DNA from: Candidatus Nanoarchaeia archaeon
GTDB taxonomy: Archaea > Nanobdellota > Nanobdellia > Woesearchaeales > UBA583
Length of the DNA stretch: 64,000 bases
Assembly (NCBI GenBank): GCA_050292425.1
Contig: JBNKLP010000002.1
Coordinates: 561-64,560 of the forward strand
Reading direction: 5' to 3'
The position numbers and the translations under genes were made by a program. The notes beneath the pieces were generated by a model. The model searched no databases. It was not told where the DNA came from and was given only the letters and a program-made list of their open reading frames with translations. Positions 8,610 to 18,460 of the stretch are shown here, piece by piece. The first letter of the stretch is position 1, and the number at the start of each line of letters is the position of its first letter.

Positions 8610-10268
8610 TCAAAACCAGTCATCAAGACCCTTTTGCCTTTCTTCCTTTTCCTTCTCAAACATCTGCGCTGTCATAACAAGCTCTTCTACTTCCTCATCA
8701 CTAACTTCTCTTACTTTTATTTCTCTAGGCTTTGAATCAACCAAACTTTGTCCACTAAACTCAACTTCATCAGTAATTTGTTTTTTAATCTTAATTGCAA
8801 GACTCTCTCCAACTGCTCTTGCCAAAGTTTCAAACTCAGCTCTTTTCAGATCAATAATTTTCTTCAAACCAGCATTATATAACTTTCTTGCACGAACTCT
8901 TCCAACTCCTTTAAGGAAAATTAAAGACAACAATTCTTCCTTAATTCCACTCTTAAACCTTTGTCTTAATTTATTTAAATAATTCTTGAAAAAAAAATTC
9001 TTTCTCATTAAAACGAGCTCTTCTACACAATAAAGCAACCAATCCATAATCTCAAGCTTGTAATTAAGCTCACCTGGAGTCACTCTGTACTTATCACTTA
9101 TGTAATCTTCATGTGCTTCACTAATCCAATCATTAAGCAAATCAGACATTTTCAAAAGCTTCAAAAAATTATCATAATCCATCTCATAAGGGTCATAACC
9201 CACAATAAGTGAATCCCCAACATCTTCAATCTTTTTTACATATATCTCTTCTTCAGCTTTGCCAACATTAAACAAAGGCTTCATCTCCACAGTATTTACA
9301 ACAAAATAAATCAAAGAATAAACATCATACCTTGATATATTTCCATCTGAAAATCTTTTTATGAACTTGTCAATATGCTCCAAAAAATAATGTGCAGTAT
9401 CTGGATTCAAATAAAGTTCTGAAATTTTCTTTCCAATTTGGGTTGCCATAAAATAATCATCTTCTTGACTGACAAATCCGTAATCCTTCAAAATTCTTAA
9501 AACTCTAAATAAATTAAAATTAAGTGCCTCAAGATCCTGATATTGATGAGCATAAAGGGTATTTGCAAAAAATTCTTTAATCTCCTCTTTAGAATTAATC
9601 ATATTCATAGAAATCAGTGAAAGCATGTACATCTTCAATGTAGGTTCAACTGCAAGTTTGGAAATAATTTCTTCAGGTTTTCCAAAAACATATTTAGGTA
9701 CTACCCTCTCCAATTCATCTTCACTCTTTACATGAAGTACAGCTTTTCCAATTGTCTCTTTTCCTGGTCTTCCTGCACGTCCACTCATCTGATGAAATTC
9801 AAGAATTGGAATATCATTAAACCCACGAGAAGAATATCTTTTGTAATCCTTGATAATCACTTTATATGCAGGTAAATTTAATCCTGCAGCCAAAGTTGGA
9901 GTTGATGAAATAACTTTAATCAAGCCATCCTTAAATGCTTTTTCAATAATTCCTCTTTGCTTTCCAACAAGTCCACTATGATGAAAAGCAACTCCTTTCT
10001 CAACAATTTTTGCTAATCGTCGACACTGTTTTGTCGGAGTTCCTAAGCATTTCAAAATTTTATCAGAAAGTTCCCTTAACTCCTTCCGATTCTCAGGATT
10101 TTTAATAGCATTTGCAATATTCTCTGCAGTCTTCTCAGAACTGCTTTTGGAATTATTAAAAACTAATACTTGCTTAGCATCATCAAGAGTATGCAAAACT
10201 ACATTAACAATTCCATCTTTTGTATGAGTTTTAATCTTGCTACTCTCAATAACACAAATGTCCTCCAT
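8610..10268 (-). CDS. hel308: Hel308/Ski2-like helicase, C-terminal half only (RecA2 + winged helix + ratchet + HhH domains)
   Basis: Helicase motifs IV-VI are present: VLVFNNSKSS, AFHHSGL, SSTPTLAAGLNLPA and QMSGRAGRPG. A C-terminal HhH follows (LKGVGRVRARKLYNAGL). Motifs I/II (GKT, DEAH) are absent. Upstream is a 114-bp spacer and then a divergent gene. Confidence 0.8.
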   Translation of the reverse strand: MEDICVIESSKIKTHTKDGIVNVVLHTLDDAKQVLVFNNSKSSSEKTAENIANAIKNPENRKELRELSDKILKCLGTPTKQCRRLAKIVEKGVAFHHSGLVGKQRGIIEKAFKDGLIKVISSTPTLAAGLNLPAYKVIIKDYKRYSSRGFNDIPILEFHQMSGRAGRPGKETIGKAVLHVKSEDELERVVPKYVFGKPEEIISKLAVEPTLKMYMLSLISMNMINSKEEIKEFFANTLYAHQYQDLEALNFNLFRVLRILKDYGFVSQEDDYFMATQIGKKISELYLNPDTAHYFLEHIDKFIKRFSDGNISRYDVYSLIYFVVNTVEMKPLFNVGKAEEEIYVKKIEDVGDSLIVGYDPYEMDYDNFLKLLKMSDLLNDWISEAHEDYISDKYRVTPGELNYKLEIMDWLLYCVEELVLMRKNFFFKNYLNKLRQRFKSGIKEELLSLIFLKGVGRVRARKLYNAGLKKIIDLKRAEFETLARAVGESLAIKIKKQITDEVEFSGQSLVDSKPREIKVREVSDEEVEELVMTAQMFEKEKEERQKGLDDWF

Positions 10269-10382
10269 AAAAACACTTATTCTACCATTAATATAAACTT
10301 ATTGTTTTAAAACAAACAAATAGAGCATCTTTCAAATGACAAAAAACATTTTTAAAAACAAAAAAGAAAAAAATAATAGAAA

Positions 10383-11051
10383 ATGCACCTTGACCACGAT
10401 AAGGAAACCGGAATAATCTCATATACAATTCTTGATGGAGGAAGAAAGGATGTATATAAAGGTGGTATGGACCTAAGATCTTTCTATATGGACCTAAACA
10501 ACATTTTTCATGATAATCCCTATGTTACATTTAGCGATAGACTTGGAACTCAAGATGAAACAAAAGTTGGTCATTTTTTTGAATATGAAGTAAAAGAAGG
10601 AGAACAAGTAGATAATGGAGCCAATGAAAACAGGGCATCAGGACTCTACGAAAAAAAATTCACGTGGAAAAAAAAACAAGGATTCATTGAATTTGAAATG
10701 GAATGGGAAGCAAGAGCTCCTGCTCCGCACTCTAAATATGGATGGTTTGAAATTAGCATCAATATTGTGAACAGAATGATGAAAGACAAGGAAATTCTTG
10801 TTGGCAACCAAAAAAAAGTTGTCCAAGATGGAATGTGGGAATTAAGAAATGCAATAAAATACAAAAACAATGTAGTCCCTGAATATCTCAAAAAAATTCC
10901 ATTTATAAAAAATTCACACAATTTGCAACATCTTTATCTTGAATTTTTCTATGAACATACACTTGAAGATGACATCATAAAATTTGGTGAGAAAAAAATT
11001 CTTACTCTTCTAAAAGAAACTATGCAGAAACATTTCGTAACTAATTATTAA
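10383..11051 (+). CDS. hypothetical protein
   Basis: 222-aa ORF with no recognisable motif. The antisense ORFs inside it are shadows. Confidence 0.5.
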   Translation: MHLDHDKETGIISYTILDGGRKDVYKGGMDLRSFYMDLNNIFHDNPYVTFSDRLGTQDETKVGHFFEYEVKEGEQVDNGANENRASGLYEKKFTWKKKQGFIEFEMEWEARAPAPHSKYGWFEISINIVNRMMKDKEILVGNQKKVVQDGMWELRNAIKYKNNVVPEYLKKIPFIKNSHNLQHLYLEFFYEHTLEDDIIKFGEKKILTLLKETMQKHFVTNY

Positions 11052-12397
11052 TATAGAAGAAAAGCACTAATAAAACCCACTAATATTATTAGACTAAAAA
11101 TTAAAATTATTCCTCTTGAAAACTTCCTTGACCCCAAATAATATGCTATACTTCCCTTGAAAATCGTATTTGCGAAAGCTGCAATCAAAATCCCAAACTG
11201 AGCTCCAAAAACTGAAATATCACCTGATTTTGCAAGATTTGACAATGTAATTGTGACTGCATCAACATCTGCAAAACCACTAAAGAATGCAACCAGATAA
11301 ACTCCTCCTTCTCCAAAAACAATAGTAAAAAGCTTTGAAACAAAAATTATTACAACAAAGAAAAAAGCAAATTTCATTGCAGGTCCTAATGTGAATGGAG
11401 ATTCCATTTCCACCTTTTTTACATGAGATAATCTGGTTTTGTAAAACAAATATCCCGCAGCTCCATAACCAACAAATCCCATAATTGAAAGCATTAATGT
11501 AATACCCAAAAGCAATGAAGGATTAATAACAGCTACTTCAAAAATAATCCTAAAAAACATCGTTGAACATGCAATCACTGTTCCTATTATCAAAGGATTA
11601 GACAAATAATTTAGTTTTCTGCTCTCAATTGCAAACGAAGAAGTAAGTGCTGTTGATGACATCAGGCCTCCCAAAAAACCTGTAATCTCAATTCCTTTTT
11701 CAGCACCAACAGTCTTCATCAAAATATAACCTACATATGCAATGCCTGAAATAAATACAACCATAAGCCAGATATGGTAAAAATTAAATATGTCAAGTTG
11801 CACAAGCAACTCTTGGTTAATAAAATTCTGATGCCTTAAAAAATCTCCAATAACCCAAAAATCAAGCAAAGTATAATCCTTATTAGGCAGTATTGGTAAA
11901 ATAACAATAGAAATCAAAGCAAACTTCAATGTAGCAAAAGCTTCAGATTGCTTAAGATTTTTTGCAAATTTATGCAATGCATTACCCAAAAACAAAATAG
12001 AGGCAATAATAATTGCTATTGAAATTGAAAGATGATAATACCCCAAACTCACTAAAGTTCCCAAAATAAATGTCAATAAAGCACTCACTTCAGAAGTAAC
12101 AGAAATTTGAGAAGGGTACATTTTAGTAACTGCCCTATATGCAAAAATAACCATAAAAAACATTGCAAAAACACTAAATAAAATAAAATATCTGCTATCC
12201 AATATTTCACTTCCCAAAAATCCCATTAAATAACCCAAAACTGCAACCAAAGTGAAAGTTCTAAATCCTGCAAAATCATTTAATTTTCTCTTTTGCAACC
12301 TTATCTCTCTTTGAGCTCCTATCAAAGCTCCCAAAAGCAAAGAAAGCAAAAGACCACTAAAAACCTCTTCAATCATTTTAAAACCTAATGAACTCAT
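11048..12397 (-). CDS. MgtC/SapB-family membrane protein with DUF4010-like C-terminal half
   Basis: N-terminal LLLGALIGAQREIRLQ...AGFRTFTLVAVLG matches the MgtC signature (GxxxGxERE...aGlRT). A long polytopic C-terminal region follows. Confidence 0.6.
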   Translation of the reverse strand: MSSLGFKMIEEVFSGLLLSLLLGALIGAQREIRLQKRKLNDFAGFRTFTLVAVLGYLMGFLGSEILDSRYFILFSVFAMFFMVIFAYRAVTKMYPSQISVTSEVSALLTFILGTLVSLGYYHLSISIAIIIASILFLGNALHKFAKNLKQSEAFATLKFALISIVILPILPNKDYTLLDFWVIGDFLRHQNFINQELLVQLDIFNFYHIWLMVVFISGIAYVGYILMKTVGAEKGIEITGFLGGLMSSTALTSSFAIESRKLNYLSNPLIIGTVIACSTMFFRIIFEVAVINPSLLLGITLMLSIMGFVGYGAAGYLFYKTRLSHVKKVEMESPFTLGPAMKFAFFFVVIIFVSKLFTIVFGEGGVYLVAFFSGFADVDAVTITLSNLAKSGDISVFGAQFGILIAAFANTIFKGSIAYYLGSRKFSRGIILIFSLIILVGFISAFLLY

Positions 12398-12460
12398 TCA
12401 AATAAGATATAAAAGATTTCTTCCTCTTAACAAAGTGACAAACCATTAAAAATCACAAAC

Positions 12461-13762
12461 ATGAAAATTTCATATATGAAGATCATATTTCATGGTGCTG
12501 CAAAAGAAGTTGGAAAGAGCTGTATTGAAATTCAAACAGATGGACAAAGATACATTATGGATGCTGGAATTAAATTTATCCATAAAGGAATCGAATATCC
12601 TCAATATTTGGACAAGATATACGAACTTGATGGAGTGTTCCTCTCACATGCTCATCTTGATCACTCTGGAGCTTTGCCAATGCTTGAACACAAAAATCTA
12701 AACTGTCCAATATACATAACTCCTCTTACTTGGAAAATAACAAACCTTCTTCTTCAGGACTCGTATCATCTCGAAAAATTAAAACATATTCATCCAGCAT
12801 ATGTTGAAAGAGACATAAGAAAAGTAAAAAAAGATTTAAGGTTTATTAAATACGACCAGGAATACTCAACAAAGGATGAAAAAATAAAATTTCAATATCT
12901 AAACTCCGGACATATTCCTGGAGGAGCATCTATATTAATGAAAATTGAAGGAAAGACAGTTCTCTACACTGCAGATTTAAACACAGAAAACACAAACTTA
13001 ATGATTCCTTCAGAACTTGAAAACCTGCAAAATGAAATTGATGTTTTAATAACAGAAAACACCTATGGAGATAGAATGCATCCAGACAAAAAAGAATCTC
13101 AGCAAGGATTAATAAACTCAATTATGCAAGCTCTTCAAGGAGGAGGCTCAGCACTCGTTCCAGTATTCGGAGTAGGAAGATCTCAAGAAATTTTAATCAT
13201 CCTTTCTCAACTTCCAGATCACATCCCAATTTATCTTGATGGAATGGCGAGAAAACTAACTGAAATGATAATAAATAGTGACGACCCTTATTTAGACAAC
13301 AAACAAACACTCCAGCATATGTTCAATAGAGTTATTCTTGTAGATCCAAGAGATAGAAAAAACATTGCAAAAAAGAAAGGAGTGGTTATAGTTTCAACTT
13401 CAGGAATGATCCAAGGTGGGCCTGTTGTAACATACACTGAAAACTTCATTAATGAAGAAAATAATTACATCATTCTGACAGGATATCAGGCAAAAGGAAC
13501 AAATGGAAGATCATTATTTGAGGACCATCTGTTTTACCAACACCATCAAAGATTTCCTGTTAAATGTCATATAAGAAAATTTGATTTTTCAGCTCATTAT
13601 GGACAAGATTCAATTCACAAACTAATTACCAAAATCAATCCAAAAAACTTAATTTTGCAACATGGAGATGTCGGTGCCCTTGAAGCAGTTCAAGCATGGG
13701 CAAAAGAAAATTACAAGGGAAAAATTTATCTGCCAGATATTGGCCAGGAAATGGAATTTTAG
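12461..13762 (+). CDS. beta-CASP family metallo-beta-lactamase ribonuclease (aCPSF2-like, no KH domains)
   Basis: HAHLDHSGALP (MBL motif 2). beta-CASP-type motifs are ENTYGDR, FSAHYGQD and LQHGD. The 433-aa size fits. Confidence 0.75.
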   Translation: MKISYMKIIFHGAAKEVGKSCIEIQTDGQRYIMDAGIKFIHKGIEYPQYLDKIYELDGVFLSHAHLDHSGALPMLEHKNLNCPIYITPLTWKITNLLLQDSYHLEKLKHIHPAYVERDIRKVKKDLRFIKYDQEYSTKDEKIKFQYLNSGHIPGGASILMKIEGKTVLYTADLNTENTNLMIPSELENLQNEIDVLITENTYGDRMHPDKKESQQGLINSIMQALQGGGSALVPVFGVGRSQEILIILSQLPDHIPIYLDGMARKLTEMIINSDDPYLDNKQTLQHMFNRVILVDPRDRKNIAKKKGVVIVSTSGMIQGGPVVTYTENFINEENNYIILTGYQAKGTNGRSLFEDHLFYQHHQRFPVKCHIRKFDFSAHYGQDSIHKLITKINPKNLILQHGDVGALEAVQAWAKENYKGKIYLPDIGQEMEF

Positions 13763-13989
13763 TTATTTAATAATTTTCTTTTAACTTCAATTTTTGCAAT
13801 AACAATTTTTATTTTTTTATTCAAAATCATCTTTTGAACATTTCTCTTCAATAACTTTTTTAGCTCAAGCAATTCGAGATATTCGATAATATCATCAAAA
13901 AAATCATTTTTAAGCTTAAACAACATATTTTCATCCAAATTATTTTTAATAAAATTTATTGCTTCTTTTTCTTCCATGAAAACAACCAT
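13759..13989 (-). CDS. hypothetical small protein
   Basis: 76-aa ORF filling the gap between convergent and divergent neighbours. Lys/Leu-rich helical sequence with no motif. Confidence 0.3.
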   Translation of the reverse strand: MVVFMEEKEAINFIKNNLDENMLFKLKNDFFDDIIEYLELLELKKLLKRNVQKMILNKKIKIVIAKIEVKRKLLNN

Positions 13990-14076
13990 ATTAATAAATT
14001 TATAAACTTTACTAATTAAAACTAAACTTTAAGAATAAAAATTAAAGTATATAAGAACAAAACTTTATATTAATTT

Positions 14077-14400
14077 ATGAAAACAAAAATTGAAAATGGA
14101 TTTTTTGATCTTATCCTATCAAAAAGTAATTTAGAAATAATAAAAGAATTGCAAAAATCAAAAACTCCTCTTCAATTTAAAGATCTTAAAACTTTAACAA
14201 ATCCTAAAACTACTAAAAAATATTCAACAAGAACAATTTCTGAAAGCCTCAAAGAACTCGAAGAAAACTTTTTAATAACAAATGAAATAGTAACAAAAAA
14301 CAAAAGAAAAACTCTGGGTTATGCCATCACTCAAAAAGGTGAAAAAACATTAGAAATTTTAAAAGAAGCTCAAAGTAAATATGAAAAAATAGAAAAATAA
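14077..14400 (+). CDS. small winged-helix DNA-binding protein
   Basis: 107 aa. LEIIKELQKSKTPLQFKDLKTL...TRTISESLKELEENFLI followed by a beta-hairpin-like KNKRKTLGYAITQKG resembles HxlR/MarR-type wHTH. Confidence 0.5.
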   Translation: MKTKIENGFFDLILSKSNLEIIKELQKSKTPLQFKDLKTLTNPKTTKKYSTRTISESLKELEENFLITNEIVTKNKRKTLGYAITQKGEKTLEILKEAQSKYEKIEK

Positions 14401-14402
14401 CA

Positions 14403-15851
14403 TTACAAACTTTTTGCTATCAATGCATAATACTTAGCCTTATTATTACAAAAAGCACAATTTCCAGATGCTTTTTTTGGTTGGTCGTAAGGAATATTAT
14501 TTGATTTTGCTCCATATTTCTCCTTGATTTTTTCTTCACAATCAATTCCTCCACACCATTTTACTAGAGGCCAATTTCCTTTTGAAAGATTTTTCTCAAA
14601 ATCTTCTTTAGTTTCACAAACCTTAATTCTTTCTTCAGTAAATTTTTTAGCTTTTTCAAACATATCATTATGCATCATCTCAAGCATTTCTTCTATTTTT
14701 TGTTCAACCTCATCAAGACCAATTTCCCATTTTTCTAGAATATCTCTTCTAACAAGTAAAATTTTTCCATTCTCCAAATCTCTTGGACCAATTTCAATTC
14801 TAATTGGAATTCCCTGAATTTCCCATTTATTAAATTTAAAACCTGCACTCTCTTTCCTATCATCATCTAAAATTGGATTAAATTTAGAAAGTTTATTTTT
14901 AATCTCTTCTGTTACTTTCAAAACTCCTTCTTCTTTTCCTTTGAATAAAAGAGGGACTATAACTACTTTGTTTTCAGCAAGTCTTGGAGGTAAAACAAAT
15001 CCTTTGTTATCTGAATGAGTCATAATCATAACTCCAAGCATTCTAGTTGTAATTGCAAAAGTGTTCTGGTATGCGTACTGTTTCTTTTGATTTTTATCCA
15101 AAAATTCAATTTCAAAAGCTTTTGCAAAATTCTGTCCATCATGATGAAAATCTGGACCCTGAATAGCTTTTCCTGTTGGTAAAAAACACTCAAGAGAATA
15201 AGTACCTTCTGCTCCTGCAAATTTTTCATTTTCGGATTTTTGTCCTCTAATTGGATAAAGTGCCATTAATTCTTTCAAAGTTTCCTCATAAATATCTAAA
15301 ATTTGTTCTCTTTCAGCATTAGCCTCCTCTTTTGTTGCAAAAACAGTATGTCCTTCATTCCATAAAAATTCTCTTGACCTTAAAAATGGAGTAGAATGTT
15401 TAAATTCCCATCTAACTACATTATTCCATTGATTTAATCTTAAAGGTAAATCTCTATGACTCTTAATCCACTTAGAGTATGAATCATACATAATAGTCTC
15501 GGAAGTTGGCCTGACTGCAAGTCTCTCTGAAAGTTCTGAACTTCCAGTATGAGTAACCCATGCAACCTCTGGAGTAAACCCCTCAACATGTTCTTCTTCT
15601 TTTGCAAGAAGGGACTCCGGGATAAAAAGTGGAAAATAAGCATTTTTAATTCCAATTTTTTTGAATTTCCCATCAACAAAATCCTTTATTTTCTCCCAAA
15701 TCTGATAAGAATTAGGTTTATACACAACACATCCTGAAACTTTGGTATAATCTATCAAATCAGCTTTTGTAATAACTTGAGTATACCACTCAGACAAATC
15801 ATCTTCCTTTTTAACAGTAATTGAAAGTTCTTGGGTTTTATCTTTGGCCAT
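14403..15851 (-). CDS. proS: prolyl-tRNA synthetase, archaeal/eukaryotic type
   Basis: The N-terminus LSEWYTQVITKADLIDY..VSGCVVYKPNSYQIWE is typical of archaeal-type ProRS. Class II core, anticodon-binding domain and a Cys-rich C-terminal domain (WCGGIDCE...CAFC) are present. Confidence 0.9.
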   Translation of the reverse strand: MAKDKTQELSITVKKEDDLSEWYTQVITKADLIDYTKVSGCVVYKPNSYQIWEKIKDFVDGKFKKIGIKNAYFPLFIPESLLAKEEEHVEGFTPEVAWVTHTGSSELSERLAVRPTSETIMYDSYSKWIKSHRDLPLRLNQWNNVVRWEFKHSTPFLRSREFLWNEGHTVFATKEEANAEREQILDIYEETLKELMALYPIRGQKSENEKFAGAEGTYSLECFLPTGKAIQGPDFHHDGQNFAKAFEIEFLDKNQKKQYAYQNTFAITTRMLGVMIMTHSDNKGFVLPPRLAENKVVIVPLLFKGKEEGVLKVTEEIKNKLSKFNPILDDDRKESAGFKFNKWEIQGIPIRIEIGPRDLENGKILLVRRDILEKWEIGLDEVEQKIEEMLEMMHNDMFEKAKKFTEERIKVCETKEDFEKNLSKGNWPLVKWCGGIDCEEKIKEKYGAKSNNIPYDQPKKASGNCAFCNNKAKYYALIAKSL

Positions 15852-16092
15852 TTTTTATTAATTCTATATTAAACATCTCATATCTTTTTTTTAAATCTTC
15901 TCCTACTCTTGAAAAGGAAAAATACAATCTATTTCTATTATAAAATCTATGAACATCAATAGAAAATTTACCTACAATATAACTTTCAATTGCATTTTCC
16001 ATCCCAAAATTGGATAATCTGCCAAACTCCTTATCTCCTTTCTCCTCAACAATTAATTCCAAAACTTGCCAAACTTCAAGGCCGGCAACCAC
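15838..16092 (-). CDS. hypothetical small protein (GTG start, overlaps the proS start)
   Basis: 84-aa ORF beginning at a GTG directly after an in-frame TGA. An 18-codon ATG ORF (MTIENRINVKERLSGCRP) ends a few nt downstream in another frame, so this may be a frameshifted or decayed gene. Confidence 0.3.
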   Translation of the reverse strand: MVAGLEVWQVLELIVEEKGDKEFGRLSNFGMENAIESYIVGKFSIDVHRFYNRNRLYFSFSRVGEDLKKRYEMFNIELIKNGQR

Positions 16093-16407
16093 TCAATCTC
16101 TCCTTAACATTTATCCTATTTTCAATTGTCATTTTTATTTAAATTAAATCAAATAAAGTAAACCTCTATTACTTAAAACTAGAACATTTCTAAAACTCAA
16201 ACCAATTAATTAAAAATCAAGAATCGGGTAATGAAACATCAGATTTTGCAGCATAAAATAAACTAAAACAATTGCCAAGGAAAGTAACCACTTTTTTCAT
16301 TCCTGCTCTTGCAAAATCTTTTCATAAAAATTATAAGACTTACATATTTAAAAACCTATCTCAAAGTAACACCCAAATTTTATATAATCAAAAAATTAAA
16401 ACTTACT

Positions 16408-17289
16408 ATGGTAATAGTAACAACTCTAAACAATTCAGAAAAACTTGCAAAAAAAATAGCATCAAAAATAGGAGCAAAATACTCAAAAACATTCGTTCAA
16501 AGATTCCCAGACGGTGAAATTTATTTAAGATTTAAAACTGAAGTTAAAAATGAAAAAATAATTATAGTTGAATCATTTCAACCAAACTCAACTAGAACTT
16601 TGGTAAACATTATCTTTGCATCTCAAACAGCAAAATCTCTTGGAGCTAAAAAAGTAGTATTATTCTGTCCTTACCTTGCATTTATGAGGCAAGATAAAAG
16701 ATTCAAATCAGGAGAAGCTGTAAGCGCGCAGATAATGTCCAAACTTCTAAATGAAAATGTTGACAAAGTTCTTACTATAGATCCTCACTTACATCGAATT
16801 CATGCAATGAAAGAAATATTTACAATTCCTGCAAAAAACTTAACAGCAAACCACGTTATAGCTCAGTTCATCAAAAAACATTTTAAAAATGAAGTAGTAA
16901 TGGGACCGGATTGGGAATCATTTCAATGGGCAGATGACATTTCCAATGAAATTGGAGTTGAAGATACGGTACTTGAAAAAGATAGACACTCATTCAGAAA
17001 TGTTGATGTAAAAGTTACAAAAGAAATTTCCATAAAAGAAAAAAATGTAGTAATTGTAGATGACATAATCTCAACAGGAAATACAATGATAAAAGCCGCA
17101 ATTGAGGCTAAAAAAAGAGGAGCAAAAACAATAACTGCAATTGGAGTTCATGGATTATTTGTCGAGAATGCTTATCAAAAAATGAAACCATATTTTGATA
17201 ACATTTATACTGTAAACACTATTGAACATGAAACAAATGTAATAGATATAACATCAACAATCGTTGAAGAACTAGAAAAAAGAATTTAA
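16408..17289 (+). CDS. prs: ribose-phosphate pyrophosphokinase (PRPP synthetase)
   Basis: The N-terminus is MVIVTTLNNSEKLAKKIASKIG...FPDGEIYLRF. The PRPP-binding loop is VVIVDDIISTGNTM. I prefer the ATG at 16408, because the 33 extra N-terminal codons in the track have no homology. Confidence 0.9.
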   Translation: MVIVTTLNNSEKLAKKIASKIGAKYSKTFVQRFPDGEIYLRFKTEVKNEKIIIVESFQPNSTRTLVNIIFASQTAKSLGAKKVVLFCPYLAFMRQDKRFKSGEAVSAQIMSKLLNENVDKVLTIDPHLHRIHAMKEIFTIPAKNLTANHVIAQFIKKHFKNEVVMGPDWESFQWADDISNEIGVEDTVLEKDRHSFRNVDVKVTKEISIKEKNVVIVDDIISTGNTMIKAAIEAKKRGAKTITAIGVHGLFVENAYQKMKPYFDNIYTVNTIEHETNVIDITSTIVEELEKRI

Positions 17290-17292
17290 GAT

Positions 17293-17877
17293 TCACAATC
17301 CATTATATCTTCTTGCATGAGTATTAAAATGAAGTGCAACAACCCTTAAATTATATTCTTTATATCTTGAATTGAGCTGAGCCTGCATAGCTGGAATTAC
17401 TATCAAAACAAAAAAGAAAAAAGGAATTCCATAATAAATTTCAAATACTAAAAAAGTAAAAGCCAGAAACCCTGGAAACATTGAATAATACCAAACTTTC
17501 TCATTTGTAACAGTAATTTTAGCATAAAACTCACAAAATCTATACAAATACTCAAGAATAAGTATAATTATAAATATCCATCCTAACTTCTCAAATAATG
17601 TAAAAAACATCCCTCCTTCATAAAAAAGTAAATTATACATAAAAAAGAAAAACCCCCAAAAAGCTGGCAAAATAAACAAAACAAAAATTCCACTAAGAGA
17701 ATTAGGACTATTATTTTCATCAATTCTCTCAAAATCCTTAGTTGTTGAATAAACCCAATGAATCAAATATAATCCTAAAGTAAAAACCATAACAAGCAAA
17801 ACTCTATCAGGGCTTTTGAAATGAAAATTTTCATAAAAATTTGCCAAACTTGAGTTCACAAACTTCTGCGTAATCAT
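17293..17877 (-). CDS. polytopic membrane protein (DUF4234-like)
   Basis: TLGLYLIHWVYSTTKDF resembles the DUF4234 signature, and there are several aromatic-rich TM helices. I prefer the ATG at 17877. Confidence 0.45.
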   Translation of the reverse strand: MITQKFVNSSLANFYENFHFKSPDRVLLVMVFTLGLYLIHWVYSTTKDFERIDENNSPNSLSGIFVLFILPAFWGFFFFMYNLLFYEGGMFFTLFEKLGWIFIIILILEYLYRFCEFYAKITVTNEKVWYYSMFPGFLAFTFLVFEIYYGIPFFFFVLIVIPAMQAQLNSRYKEYNLRVVALHFNTHARRYNGL

Positions 17878-17938
17878 AACTAGAAACAAAAATCAAAATA
17901 TATAAATTTAATTCACCAATCTACAGTCAAAGCACAAA

Positions 17939-18460
17939 CTACTCTTTAAGCTTTAATTTGATTTTTTCAATCAAATCATCTATTCTATTTGAATTATCAA
18001 TAGCAAAAACTTTTCCTTTTGAACTCTTTGATTTTTCTTCTTCACTTAAAATTTCATAGCCTTCTTCTTCAGCTTCATAAAAACACAAATTAAAACTTTC
18101 CACCTCCAAATTATCCTTTATTTTTTGTTCATTATAATTTCTCTTCAAATATTCTTTTTTTAATTCCTTTAAATCTCTATTAATAACAAAAAGAAAATCA
18201 ATTAAATCTGGATTCAGAAAATGAGCAAAATGTCCTTCAAAAATCGTATTTTTATATTTTCCATCTGCAATATCTCTATTTACTTTTGCAACAAGTTTGT
18301 CAATGTCAAAATCAAAAGTCTGCAACTCAGGCACCTCTTTGATTTTAAATTCTTTGGCAAGTTCATTAAGTTGAATAACACTATAATTCAACTCTTTGGC
18401 AAGATCTTTTGCGATAGTTGTCTTCCCACTTCCTACACTGCCACTAATAGCTATAATCAT
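17939..18460 (-). CDS. Fap7/AK6-like nucleoside-monophosphate kinase (P-loop)
   Basis: 173 aa starting MIIAISGSVGSGKTTIAKDLAKEL. The size and N-terminal P-loop fit archaeal Fap7/adenylate kinase isoenzyme 6. Confidence 0.65.
   Translation of the reverse strand: MIIAISGSVGSGKTTIAKDLAKELNYSVIQLNELAKEFKIKEVPELQTFDFDIDKLVAKVNRDIADGKYKNTIFEGHFAHFLNPDLIDFLFVINRDLKELKKEYLKRNYNEQKIKDNLEVESFNLCFYEAEEEGYEILSEEEKSKSSKGKVFAIDNSNRIDDLIEKIKLKLKE

Noticed and set aside
7402-8613. Track start codons giving N-terminal extensions. Affected ORFs are PAN 8613, ITPase 2733, ThiF 28479, acd 39493, TctA-like 43231, coiled-coil 44864, EAL-like 19308 and the membrane protein 17889.
   Set aside because: Each extension begins at a TTG, adds non-homologous residues and often overlaps a neighbour. 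Internal ATGs coincide with conserved family N-termini and with TATA-like boxes 25-35 nt upstream.
15838-16145. RelE/ParE-type toxin or programmed frameshift interpretation of the 84-aa GTG ORF plus the upstream 18-codon ATG ORF.
   Set aside because: No toxin-family motifs could be matched and no partner antitoxin is evident. A simple decayed or misannotated small ORF is equally likely. It is reported only as a low-confidence CDS.
16241-16319. 10-bp inverted repeat AGATTTTGCA / TGCAAAATCT upstream of prs.
   Set aside because: This is a single AT-rich 10-mer pair separated by about 59 nt in a 315-bp spacer. By rough estimate it is not clearly beyond chance, and there is no supporting nested structure.
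16272-16517. The ORF 16272-16517 and the 33-codon N-terminal extension of prs (16309-16407).
   Set aside because: The Lys/Asn-rich low-complexity translation has no homology. The conserved PRPP synthetase N-terminus begins at the ATG at 16408.
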